Positions 53,073 through 64,000 of a stretch of 64,000 nt of DNA are shown here, piece after piece (position 1 is the first letter of the stretch; the number at the start of each line of letters is the position of its first letter). The position numbers were made by a program, and so were the translations under genes. The notes below the pieces were generated by a model. That model saw nothing but the letters and a program-made list of their open reading frames with translations. It was not told where the DNA came from and did no database searches. The DNA is from Harriotta raleighana (Eukaryota), in the NCBI GenBank assembly GCA_050575255.1, contig JBNZDD010013498.1:288392-352391 (forward strand), given 5' to 3'.

Positions 53073-54189
53073 ATTCAAAACCACTTTATGTCCTCAGTGG
53101 GTGTGAATGATTTTATTTTTTAAGCTTCAACCTCGAAATTGATCTCCAGCTTGTTTTTATTTGCTTAATATATTTCTTTCCAGGGGTCAGTATGCCAATA
53201 TAATATTGTTTTCTCTGCATAGGGGAACCAAAATCCACACTCTGCCCCCACCCCCCAAAAGAAAGGCCTGTCATGAAGAAATGTTGCAAATTATACTCTG
53301 TACATTGATTTCCACCTGCAATTTTTTCTACCGATCCTTTGACAAACTCTTGTTTTTTTCTCATCTGTGATGTAGGTTGAGCGTTTTGGCCTTTGCCCCT
53401 GATGACAGCATTGCTCCCCTGCTCATTCAGCACTAGAGGCTAAGGAGTTACTGTAAGAGAGAAGTGTTTATATATTGTTTTCCTGGAAGAGCTCCATTCA
53501 AAGAAGCCTCTAATGATAACCCTCTGAGGGTCACTTTAAGGAATACTGCAGATTTCACCCCTATTCTATACTATACTGCATCGTATTGATCATAAAGCAG
53601 TAATGATGAGCTCTAATTATATAGATTTATATGAGATTTATCTCATCCAACCAGGATAATGAGTCCAATGGCTTCAGCTTGATGGCGATCTTTGCAATGA
53701 CTAATACTCTCCTCCATTCTGCAGCTTTCCCCACTTGTTTTTTTCCGGTTTATGTATAAACTGACCCTGTTGAAATGCACTAAATGAGATCACAAGCCAT
53801 CAGTCCAGGGTGGGAGAAAGCACAGGAGGATATGACTGAATTCAAACACTCATATTCAAAGGGTTTTGAGTGCTTAAAACAGGATGGTTAATTAGACAAG
53901 TGCTGTATGATTTGTGAATATACGTGTCTCTGTCCTCAAACATTCCTAACATATGAAGAATATTAACGTTTCAGGAAACTAGATAATGCGGAATACAATC
54001 ATGTCTCGGTAATGTCACCTTTACTGACCCTTTACAAATCCAATTTGCTCAATTGTCTGTCTGTCTCCTGAAGTGTTTTTCTGTATGTTCATGACTAAGA
54101 AAAACAGAATTTTTGTTTTGCATCCTGTACCATTCGAAAGATAATAGATATTTTAATAGGCTATGGGAAACTTTTAATAACAGCTTGAG

Positions 54190-54420
54190 CATGAATAGCA
54201 TTTTCCATGTGGAATAATGCTTTAAGCACTTTACCGAGACGGAGTGGAAATCCCAGCAAGATGGAGTCTGTAAATGGGAGAGAGGTGATCGAAAAGCTAT
54301 TTTTAGAAGGACTTTTAAATCACAGATGCATGATTCAAGGGCAGGTCATAGTAGCGAAATTTGAAATGGGGGCAAGAGTGTGGAGGCATTTAAACATAAA
54401 AAAATTATCTTGAAATCCAT
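54190..54420 (-). mobile_element. Decayed L2 3' end
   Basis: Minus strand DFKII / FKCLHTLAP remnants followed by a tail-like segment. Confidence 0.5.
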
Positions 54421-54624
54421 GAAATAGAGACAATAAAGATGGGGGTGTTTGATTCAAAGAGCCTATTGTGGGCGAAGATACAGACTGCAGGTTTCCAGAT
54501 AGTCTCAGGCTTCCAGAAGGTACATATAAAGACTACTAAAATAAATATTTTGAGAAATCCAGTCTGGCAGTGATGAGTAATGCTAATTTATTATTTCCCA
54601 GCACGCTGGGGAAAATTCCTTTCT

Positions 54625-54790
54625 CTTTTTAACTTCCACCTGAACAGGCAGATGGGAGTTTAATGTCCCACCTGAAGATGAGTATCTGCAAGAATGCAGA
54701 GCAGCCCCAACACTGCACTGGAATATCAGCCTAGACTATATCAATTCAGAGTCCTGTTACCAACTGAGTGTGAGTACCTGAGCCAGCCTA
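54625..54790 (-). mobile_element. Deu-domain SINE fragment
   Basis: ccacctgaacaggcagatgg...tttaatgtcccacctgaaga...cactgcactggaatatcagcctag. Confidence 0.7.
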
Positions 54791-55336
54791 ATGCATTAAA
54801 AGTCCAAAACACACACATCCTGCAAGACTGTGAATTCAATGGCAGACTAACTAGCCACCTTATTTGTTTACTCAAATAATTTAACAACTACTCTGGCATT
54901 TTATTAGCCCAAATTCCCAGCTGCTTAAAAATAATCATATCCAAAAATCTCTAGAACCAGTTTGCGCCTAATAAAGAAAACGCAAGGAAATGTGCCACAG
55001 GTTAATTATCAACATATAGTAATAAATTGTGGTAGTTGAAAGCTCTACCTCCTCACAGTGTTTCTGTTTGTCTATCAGTAGGAGGCAGTTGATTGTGATT
55101 GTGAACATATTGTATGTCATAGGTCAGGTTCACTTGACACAACAGGACAGAAAGCTGCGTTGAGATGCTGTACCCATATGATTGTGCGTCTGTCCACCAC
55201 AATAACCTCTCTTTACAGGGCTTTTGAAAACAATACTCTATTGAATTGAGTGTAGCATCTCACAGGCTACTTACAGGAAGAAAGAAATGAATGCCCACTG
55301 TGGCAAAGATATATAAAAAGGTATAGGATACATCTA

Positions 55337-55472
55337 ACAAAAGGCAAAACACTGCAGATGCTGGAAATCTGAAATAAAAACTGAAGTTGCTGGAAACACT
55401 CAACAGGTCAGGCAGCATCTATGAAGACAGGAAAGTGAGTTAACAATTTAGGTCGATGACCTTTCGTCAGAA
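55337..55472 (-). mobile_element. Penelope-like element terminal fragment with decayed hammerhead ribozyme
   Basis: Minus strand: CTGACGA-A-AGGTC-ATC-GACCT-AAATTGTTA...catagatgctgcctgacctgttgagtgtttccagca...atttccagcatctgcagt. Confidence 0.75.
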
Positions 55473-57747
55473 ATGTATGGAATACATTTATATGGTTTTA
55501 TGCTTAGCCATTTGGGGTCATTTACCTCTGACTGCCCCATCCGTCTTCACATCTGCACTCTCAGTTCAAAAAAAATCATGTCTGAGAGTTTGTTTAATTG
55601 TCTTGCTCTGTTGCTTACTGAAGCTATCAAATTTATAAAACATAAATAAATGTTAAATACATTTCCCTGTGTGACAGCTCAAGGATAACTGCTGAACGTG
55701 AAACTAAACACGAATGTGTCACGGGCACTGGCACTTAAGCGATAAGGTGTTAACATATAAACAGCTTTTTCTTCCCATTACCAGCTGAGCTCAGGTAACT
55801 GGGTACCGAGCAGGGACATAGGAACTAGGAACATAGGTCCAAGGTTCTGTGCCATGATTTAATAGAATGGCAGAACAAATATCGAGGGCCATTCAACATT
55901 CAGGCGATGTCTGCCATGGTCTTAACATTCGCTTTAATTCCTGATTTTTTTACACAGAATGTCAGTCACCCTGCAACATTTAAACAGCCCTGCGAAAATA
56001 ATTACATTTTAGTGTTTTGGCTCTAACCAGAGATGAAAGGCACTGCACAGAAAACTACGTGGAACTGAAGCATCCTCTGCGCTTAAATCATTTTCCCATC
56101 CATTAAAACATGTATATATTTTAATGTATCCTGTGTTTATGGTAGGATGAATATCCATCAATGGTTCAGTTAGGGAACATTACATTCTTAGAGTGGTTTG
56201 CTTTGCAAAGATGTATAATTATGTCTACTCGTGTTCAAATCATGAGCACTTTAAGGATAGTACAAAAATCTGTTCTCGTGGTGATACCCAGCCTGCTATA
56301 AGTAGGGGCTTTAGCCATGAAGGGTACTTAGTAAACTATTTTTGGAATGGAAGCTTACATAAAATCTAAACATGGTACATTATATAATTTTTTTTTACTC
56401 TACAGTATTCGGCAACTCGTATTTTGTGTAATTATGGTACAAAAAATATAAACTAACACTCCCAACATCAATTTGGTGCAGGAAGGAAATAGAACAAATG
56501 GTTACTATTTAATTTACAGATCAACATGCAGCATATTATTATTTGTATGCATTAATTTAAAACTCTCCAATTGTGTCTTGTTAGAAGATGATGGGCCCAA
56601 GGTTGTAATTCCTCTGAGCACAGGAAATGGAGTCTCACGTAGATTATATGTGTGCGATAAAATTGTCTCAATGTCAAATCTTAATTTTAGATCTTGTAAA
56701 CAATCTAAATATATCTACCAAACTTCCAATACAATTCTATCATTAAAAACCAACAGGATTTGTAATTGTTTCATCTTTTTCACGTATTTCAAGTCTGTCA
56801 GCCACCATGCTTCTGTCTGCTGTAATTCTCAATTCAGAATCACTTTGCCTTTCTACCTCTCTCCGTGCTTTCGGAAATCTGCTTTTTATAAACATAACAA
56901 AGCCAGAGAATGTTTCTGCAGTCATGTATTAAACAGACCATTTGCTGAGTGTTGACTGGTTTAATCTCCCAGCCTCTTCCTCAATGATAGCTCTCTTCTC
57001 TTCCCATTACTTTCAGTTTAACCAAAATATTAGTTTGGTCAGCCAGGTGTTTGACACATGTGAACACCCATCAATGTGTTTAAAGATATCGAAACCAGAC
57101 TGAGGGTCTACGTAAAAATGTGATGATTTTCCGTATTATCAGTGTTGAAAACTACTGTACGTAATATTTTAGCAGACCCTCAAAGGCATTCTGCACAATG
57201 GTGTTTTGTCCTGTATTTGTTCAATTGGTTGTCCTAACTCAATGTCCACCAAAATGATGGTTTATAATGCTGATTGATTAAGATGTATTAGAGTCAGGAG
57301 TTGCCTCTTTCTTGTCTCAGATGTGCATTTAGAAGCGGATGGTTTTACAACAATGTCAGACAGAGAAAGGGTAACAATACTAATCCTTATATCTTCAGGG
57401 AAAACAACACAAACTTGAAATGATGTGGGCATTATGTGTAATTTGAAAATTCTTTAAGAAATAATTGTGTATATTTGCAATGACGCACCATTTGAAGACA
57501 AAAATAATTGGTGGGTTGGCTTATTTGTTATCAGTTTTAATTGGTTTCAATTGGTGTTCACTGGACTTTCCAATTTCCTCCAAATTGAAAAGAAATAATG
57601 GTGGTTCAATATTTTTTATCTTTACACTTTTGTCCTATCAATTTGAACTATGCAAAGATCTGATTTACAGATTGTAAGGTCACAAACATCACTTCCTGCA
57701 TGTAGTGCATGTGCACGGGGTGCAGGAAGTGATCTACGTTGATCCTG

Positions 57748-58040
57748 ATAACAATAATAATAATCATCCTTGCATTTGATGTAGCACTTTTCATGTCTTC
57801 TAGATGTCTCAAAACGCTTCACAAAATGTACTGTAAAGCGAATTGACTGTATATTTGTGGGCAAAAAGCGCCAGCCAATTGTGCACAGCAGCGTCCTACA
57901 ACAGTCGTGGATTGAAATGACCAAATTTTATTATTGTGGTTTTAATTGGAGGGAATATTATTTGAAGTGTGGAGTAAGGAAACTTGCCCAAGGTTTCGCC
58001 CTGACATGCCAGGATTTGAACACGGGTCACACGCTTGCAA
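57748..58040 (-). mobile_element. tRNA-SINE lacking its extreme 5' end
   Basis: Tail through ccaggatttgaacacgggtcacacgcttgcaa. Confidence 0.92.
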
Positions 58041-58935
58041 TACAGGAATGAGGTAGCACTAGCCGGTTATCTCACCCGTTGATAATGGGTCGGGGTTTTA
58101 GGGCCACCAACTAAAGCGTTAATATTGGGGATCCGCTGTCCATCTGTACATAGATTCCTAAACTTATAACCTTCCAATCAGCCTCTGAAATGAGCGTACG
58201 TATTGGTGCTGTGACATGCTGTAGTCTGGAATGCTCGGATGCCAAACCCAGATGGGTTGTTGCCAACTTCCATTGTGCACTCGGATGTGGACTGTACAGA
58301 GGTCAGCTGTTTCCGCACAGTAAGATAGCAAAAAATCAATATGAGTCTGTATACTGATGTTATGTACACTGTACTTCCTGGCTTCAATTGCAGAACAGGA
58401 TAAGCATTAGCCTGGGAGAATGTCGCCTCTCACTTGACCAGGCAGTTGAAAGAGATTGGGGTGGGGGTTGAGGAAGATCTGAGTTTTCCTCCTGTTGTAA
58501 AATTTGACATTTTTTTGGAATTAATTCTTTATTATGAATAGCAAAATACATTTTACTTCAACTTTTTTTGGGGGAAAAAATAATATTCACTAAATTATTC
58601 CCCCCAAAATCATACAGTGAAACTAAATGAAGAATAGTTTGTGACCATGAACAAGAATTAAATAAGAAAGCTTTTTAATTCTGACTGACGTTCACCATTT
58701 GCGGGACAATGTGATAGAAGTTCTCTCGTGCAATTCGATGCATGAGTTCAGCTCTGAAAGGAAAGTGATGGAGCAAGCTCACTCCCCACCTCTGCCTTTT
58801 TAAATGTATGTTGATTCATGGCACTGATTGTCAATACACTGCAGTATTTTGTAGCGGAGTTTTATTGTGACAAATACTTTTACTCCCTGTTCTGAATTTC
58901 CATTTGCCACTGGATTTTCGTGAAGTCTCGAGTCG

Positions 58936-59090
58936 CCAATTCATGCACTTTTTCAGCACTCAGCGTCAATAACCTATTGGATTGGCCGTTGGGTATGTTT
59001 GTGGTGATGGATGAGAAAGCTTGATTGGTTTCTCCAAATAGCTACGGTGACAAATGGCTCCGTTTGATTGGCTTTCTCTGATATATAGAG
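58936..59090 (+). promoter_or_regulatory. Candidate promoter-like module: CCAAT-box cluster plus TATA-like element
   Basis: CCAAT at 58936; ATTGG at 58976, 58981, 59024 and 59067; TATATA at 59082. Confidence 0.3.
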
Positions 59091-59444
59091 TTGACTCCTG
59101 AGCAGGGGATGAATCTTTTAAGTGTCTGTTCTGTTCGGTGGCTTTTGTTACTTTATTTACTTTCTATAAAGCCCTAATTAATTGTTCTGTAATCAATAGG
59201 CAATGATTCATTTGTGCTCCTGTAGCTTTGAGGCACGGCTATTATTTCTAAATTGGTTAATGGCCCAACAGACATCTCTGTAAGATGAACACTGAGGGCC
59301 AGAATGGATGCAACTGTTAACTTCAAAGCATGTGGAAGTAAATACTATATACCAAGTGTACCCCCTATTATCCCCTATCCATTATTATCTTAGTCAGGCT
59401 AACTCACATAGTGAGAGCTTTCGGGAAAAATTGCAAAATTATTG

Positions 59445-59737
59445 AAATAACAATAATATAAATAATAATAATCCTTGCATTTGATATAGCACTTTTCACA
59501 TCTTCTAGACGTCTCAAAGCACTTCTCAGAATATACAGTAAAGTGAATTGACTGTATATTTGTGAGCGAATTGCGCCAGCCAATTGCGCACAGCAGTGAA
59601 TTGAAATGACCAATTTTATTATAGTTTTTTTTGGAGGGATTATTATTAGGCATGTGGAGTATGGAAACTTGCCCAGGGTTTCACCATGACCTGCCTGGAT
59701 TCGAACACAGGTCTCACACTTGTAAGGCAAGTGCTCT
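59445..59737 (-). mobile_element. tRNA-SINE lacking its extreme 5' end
   Basis: Tail through ggattcgaacacaggtctcacacttgtaaggcaagtgctct. Confidence 0.92.
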
Positions 59738-60679
59738 CTGAATTATCGGAATAAGTCTGATGAGTTGCAGTGTCCAATTGTGTTCACCACCCCTAAAGTG
59801 TGTTAAAAGCTGTAGAACACACCTACAGTGAACAAGAAACACTTTTGTTGAACCTTATAGTTTCCGTGGGCGACACTCTCAAAGTAATCTTGAATTTTAT
59901 TTAAATTAACTAAACTCAGGAAAACCATGGTAAAGTCCATGGTAAAGAATGCTACCAAGGTTGAAAAGAGTAGCTGAGAAACAACACAAGGTGAGAAGAA
60001 TTGGATTTGCGTCAAACTTGCATTTTAAAAGCCTACATGTTGTATGAGGAAGGGAAAATCATGAAGGAGGCAGGCAGTTCCACTGTCATCAAGTCCTGGG
60101 AAAGACTGAATGAGAGCAGGAATGATATGGGGATGATGAGGGCTGATTTCAACACAGTGAGGAAGCAGGAAGCATGTGTGGGAGTGCCATCTAGTCTAAT
60201 TTTATCAGGTAATGTATCTTTGCCAGTCCTGCAATTTCAAATTTGTTAGTCAGGTCAATTAGTCAAGAGCACAGACCAATATATCTCTTTCCGTCCGACT
60301 ACTCACCAGGAACAATAAGTCAAACAGCAACTTGATGGGATTGTAAGGTTTACTAATGACTTCGAAGCAATCAAGCGCATACCCGTAGCTTTCCATATGT
60401 ACACCTCCAGAAAGTGAAACAATTTATTGGAACTGCAAATGGAGTCTTCGAGTGATTCTGCAATTAGACCAGAATGTAAAGTGCAAAATTACTAGACTGG
60501 TTGCCAAGCTTGCAGAATCATCCACTATGAATCACACACTGTTACCACTTAGTGTTACCTGACAAGTATGAGCAAATTTGAATGCGCGTAACTTGCAGAT
60601 AACAAGTCGTTCTTTGGGTAACACAAAATGAACATCAAGTTGGTAGTGTTTTTCACAGAAATCCTGTAAAGCAGAATTC

Positions 60680-60915
60680 ATAATAATAATCATTGCATTT
60701 GATATAGCGAACTTTAAGGAAATGCCTTGTACTACTTGATGTTTGGGCAAGAGAGCTTTGGGGATTGTGAAACTGCATTTCAGAAGCCTTGCTAATTCTA
60801 ATAATAATAATCCTTGCATTTGATATGTCATCTTATCACATTGTTGAGAAGCGCATCATAGAGCTTCACAGAATCTACAGTAAAGTAAATTATCTGTACA
60901 ATTTTGGGGGCAAAT
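60680..60915 (-). mobile_element. Two SINE/L2-type tail fragments
   Basis: taataataatcattgcatttgatatagcg (60681) and taataataatccttgcatttgata...gtaaagtaaatt (about 60800-60890). Confidence 0.75.
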
Positions 60916-62544
60916 TCAATGTACTTTTGAAGGAAGCCACTTCCTCAACTTTCCATGCTCTATACAAGCATTCTATATCAAGTGAAACAGAGGGGTGAAA
61001 AATGCAACACCTCATAATATTTGATGCAACATTTGTTTACGCAGGATGGTACAACAGTAGTCTGTGGGACTTAGAAATTGTTTGAGAGAGTCAAAACACA
61101 TTTCTGGTTCCATTTTTTTTGATCACAGCTATTTCCTTAGGAACAGTGGCAGAATATTTGGCGAATTTTAATGTTTATTTGAAATATGCTTTCAGGTTCT
61201 GGAACCTCCTTAATGATTTTTTTTAACAAGTTTTTTTGTGCTACGTACAAAGCAATATAGAAAAAGTGAGCAATGGAAGTTAGCTTGCACTCTTCATTAG
61301 GGGTTATACTGATTTTTACATTACTGGAATATAATGGAAGTTACAAAATGGTGCGTGATCATCTTAATTTTAATAAATAGTTACGTCATTCGCTCAACAA
61401 TGTGAAATGCTGCACAATTACAGGCGAAACATGACAATAATTGGAAAAAATTGCAAGCCCAATTTCTTTTTCCTCTGTGGCAGAAGAATAAGTAACAGCT
61501 GAGAAAAGATTACAGTAATTAAATGAAGAGAGCGGTGAGTAATGCAATGAATGGAATGACCTCACTACTGGGGGGTTTGGATCCCTATTAAAGATGCAGT
61601 ACTCCTCTTCGAAGGAGATGGATCATTCTGGAACTAAAGTACATTATCAACCATCTGAGATCCCTGTACACTTGGATTGATACCGAAGGAAAGTCACTCA
61701 ACACCTTAAAAATCATATGCTTTTGATAACTTTCTTAAGTGGCGCTTCCAGAATTCAGTTGCACACGTTAATGTAACATCCAAGAACATTTCAAAGTTTT
61801 GGAAAAGGAAGTACTAGAAGTTTTTTTGGTCCAAAGACTGCTTGCACATGCTTTACATTAGCTCAACACATAAAATGTCACTTCGTGGCTAAAGCACCGA
61901 TAGAGTCAAATATGTACAACGGACAATATCCTTCTGCTTTGTTACAGGCTTTAACCCTGTTTCTTCATATCTCAGGAGAAGGGACAATGAGGCATGTATA
62001 CACAAAATAATCTCCACATAATACTTCTGAGTTTGGGGGAAAAAAAGTGTTACCTCAAGAATACTAGATTACATTCTCGCGACACAGTCAAGTAAAATAA
62101 ACCAGCTAATTGTTAAACTGTCCTGAAATTCAGAAGAAGGAAAGAATGAGCTCAGACAATATACAGACATGCCTCCCACATACCATGAGCCAAACAGAAA
62201 ACCCAGTCTGGTGTTTTTAGCAGGGAAATCTGTTTATTTTAACACAGTGAAATCTATTAGTTCAGGCCACATGGCTGGGCCTGAAAATATAATCACTGGA
62301 GGGATTCTGTTACTTCAAGACATTATGCTCAACTTGGTTGGCTGAAATATTGCTGCTTTAGTGTGACTTTTAATATAAAATCCTTGTATAATGGTTATAA
62401 ACATTTAAACGAGCGCTCCAAAAATAATTCCTGCATGCTTATATATCGCTCTTTTTAAAAAAAAAAGGCTGAATCTCTTTTAAAATTACATTTTTAATTT
62501 ATTTTTCTTGGCACCTGAGGTGACTGTGTTGGGAATGCTGCTTC

Positions 62545-62872
62545 GCAGTATTCGTTTGAGCCAAAGCGACCAGAAACATGATGTTTGATCCCTGGAATAT
62601 GCTGTGTTAGTCTCACACCCAGGGTGGCTGTAACAGTTAAATCTGCAGTCGTTGCCCTAGGGTAAGGTATGGAGTAAAAGCCAGGTTCCTTGATCACTCA
62701 GCCAATGGCCCAGGTTGAGAAATACATACGTGTTGAGTGAATATGGGATCAAGTCCACTTGCAATACTCCCCACTGCCTGCACTCACAATAAATGCCCAC
62801 TTGGGTAAAAAGACTGGAGTACTGTATTCTACTCGATTCAGCACCTTTAAGAGAGGAGTGGGAGAAAAATGC
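62545..62872 (+). mobile_element. AmnSINE2-like ancient SINE
   Basis: tgagccaaagcgaccag...tttgatccctgg..tgctgtgttag...agccaggttcc...ccacttggg...cagcacctttaagagaggagtgggagaaaa. Confidence 0.6.
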
Positions 62873-63199
62873 AAAAGAAAACTTTTGTACACTGCTGGTT
62901 AGTTTCCTTTCTCATTTACCATTTCTGCTTTGCCAGAGTTCCCAAGTCAACAACAACAACATGCATTTATATAGCAAGCTTTACGTTGGGGATAGTATTC
63001 CTGAGTCTTCGGAATGAGAAATGTTTTAACCTATGATTTGCTTTTTGCTTTTTGTTTTGTAAAAAAAACTCTGAATGGCCAACGTGAGTTGCCTACACAA
63101 CTATTCCACAATGAAATTTGTTTAAATTTCATCTTGCAAATTCTAGAAGTTCATAGCTAATGAGGTGGGGGTGGATGGGGGTGGGTGGTTGGGGGAAGG

Positions 63200-63447
63200 A
63201 AGCTCACTTGATGGATCATTTATCAAATGTACTGGACGGTGTGGGATTGATTTAGACCTGAAAGGTCCCAGGCTCAAATCCCTCTGTGTGCTGAGTTAGT
63301 TGATCTCAGTTGGGAGAGGAACAGAGGAAGAGAAGCAGGAAAGAGGAAGGTCTCCAACATAGCCATGCTCCCCTGAGACCAGGGAGAGAAAAATCAGCAA
63401 AGGTTCCTGCTTCTAATTACTCTCCAATGACCCTTACTAGAAAGTAC
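63200..63447 (+). mobile_element. AmnSINE2-like ancient SINE, 5' half
   Basis: aaggtcccaggctcaaatccctctgtgtgctgagttagttgatctcagttggg...gggagagaaaaatcagcaaaggttcctgct...ccaatgaccc. Confidence 0.72.
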
Positions 63448-64000
63448 ACCTGTCTGTTTCCAGAATTGCTGTTCCAATCAGCTAACTTCTACATTTTTTT
63501 GTGGATCAATGTTGCAGGAAAAGAATAGTAAAGAACAAAGTGCTCTTGAAACATGGGAAATATTCGAGGTAGTGCTTTAAAACTGCCATTGTTTGAACGC
63601 TTGCCAGCAAAGTGGCGTTTATTTTATGTTGGATCCATCAATTTACCACATATCAAGCCATTGAAGAATTATTTTTAACTTGGGACAAAATCCAATGAAA
63701 TGTTGCTTTGAGCATAAATGCAGTGGTCTGTGTGGATCATTGATTGTCTCGTAGCTTGTTCGTCAAGTTTAGGCAATAAGACTTCTTTGTGTCTGATAGA
63801 GTTCATGCCTTGGCTCAGTATTAAATGTTTGATATATAGTATTTGATTGTGTGGTTAGCCACCACAGTTTTCAAGCCTTACATTTGGGCTTTGAGTCTTC
63901 TGTGGGAAAGTCCCGAAGATTGTTTTCCTGGAATGCCCCGTGGGGCAGGAGAAAGAATTCAGAGGGTGGTGAGTTTTAAATAATATGGGGTCTAATTTAT

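Noticed and set aside
56473-56955. 160-aa ORF
   Set aside because: Composition is typical of AT-rich non-coding DNA, with no recognisable motif and a non-ATG start.
58048-58070. TGAGGTAG let-7-like seed
   Set aside because: The remainder does not match let-7 and no precursor hairpin is evident.

Overview
AT-rich eukaryotic DNA with no recognisable host protein-coding exon or RNA gene; it looks like a long intron or gene desert. The repeat content (Deu-domain SINEs, AmnSINE2-like SINEs, shark-type CR1 tails, Penelope-type termini) points to a cartilaginous fish, probably a chimaera such as the elephant shark; this is inferred, not verified. The main repeats are: eight long copies and many 3' fragments of a tRNA-headed SINE with an L2-type tail; older Deu-domain, AmnSINE2-like and LF-SINE-like relics; L2, CR1 and RTE LINE remnants; a young internally deleted Tigger/pogo element (4638-5741) that keeps an open transposase C-terminus; two related Tigger-like MITEs; and two Penelope-type ends with decayed hammerhead ribozymes. 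One 130-bp duplication around an N is an assembly artefact. Nearly all listed ORFs are chance ORFs or repeat-derived. Family names come from remembered consensus motifs, not a database search. I found no convincing new biological system. The best leads are the mosaic SINE with its candidate partner LINE, the hammerhead relics, two local templated duplications, a phased CCAAT/TATA module, and possible recursive-splice and microexon signals.
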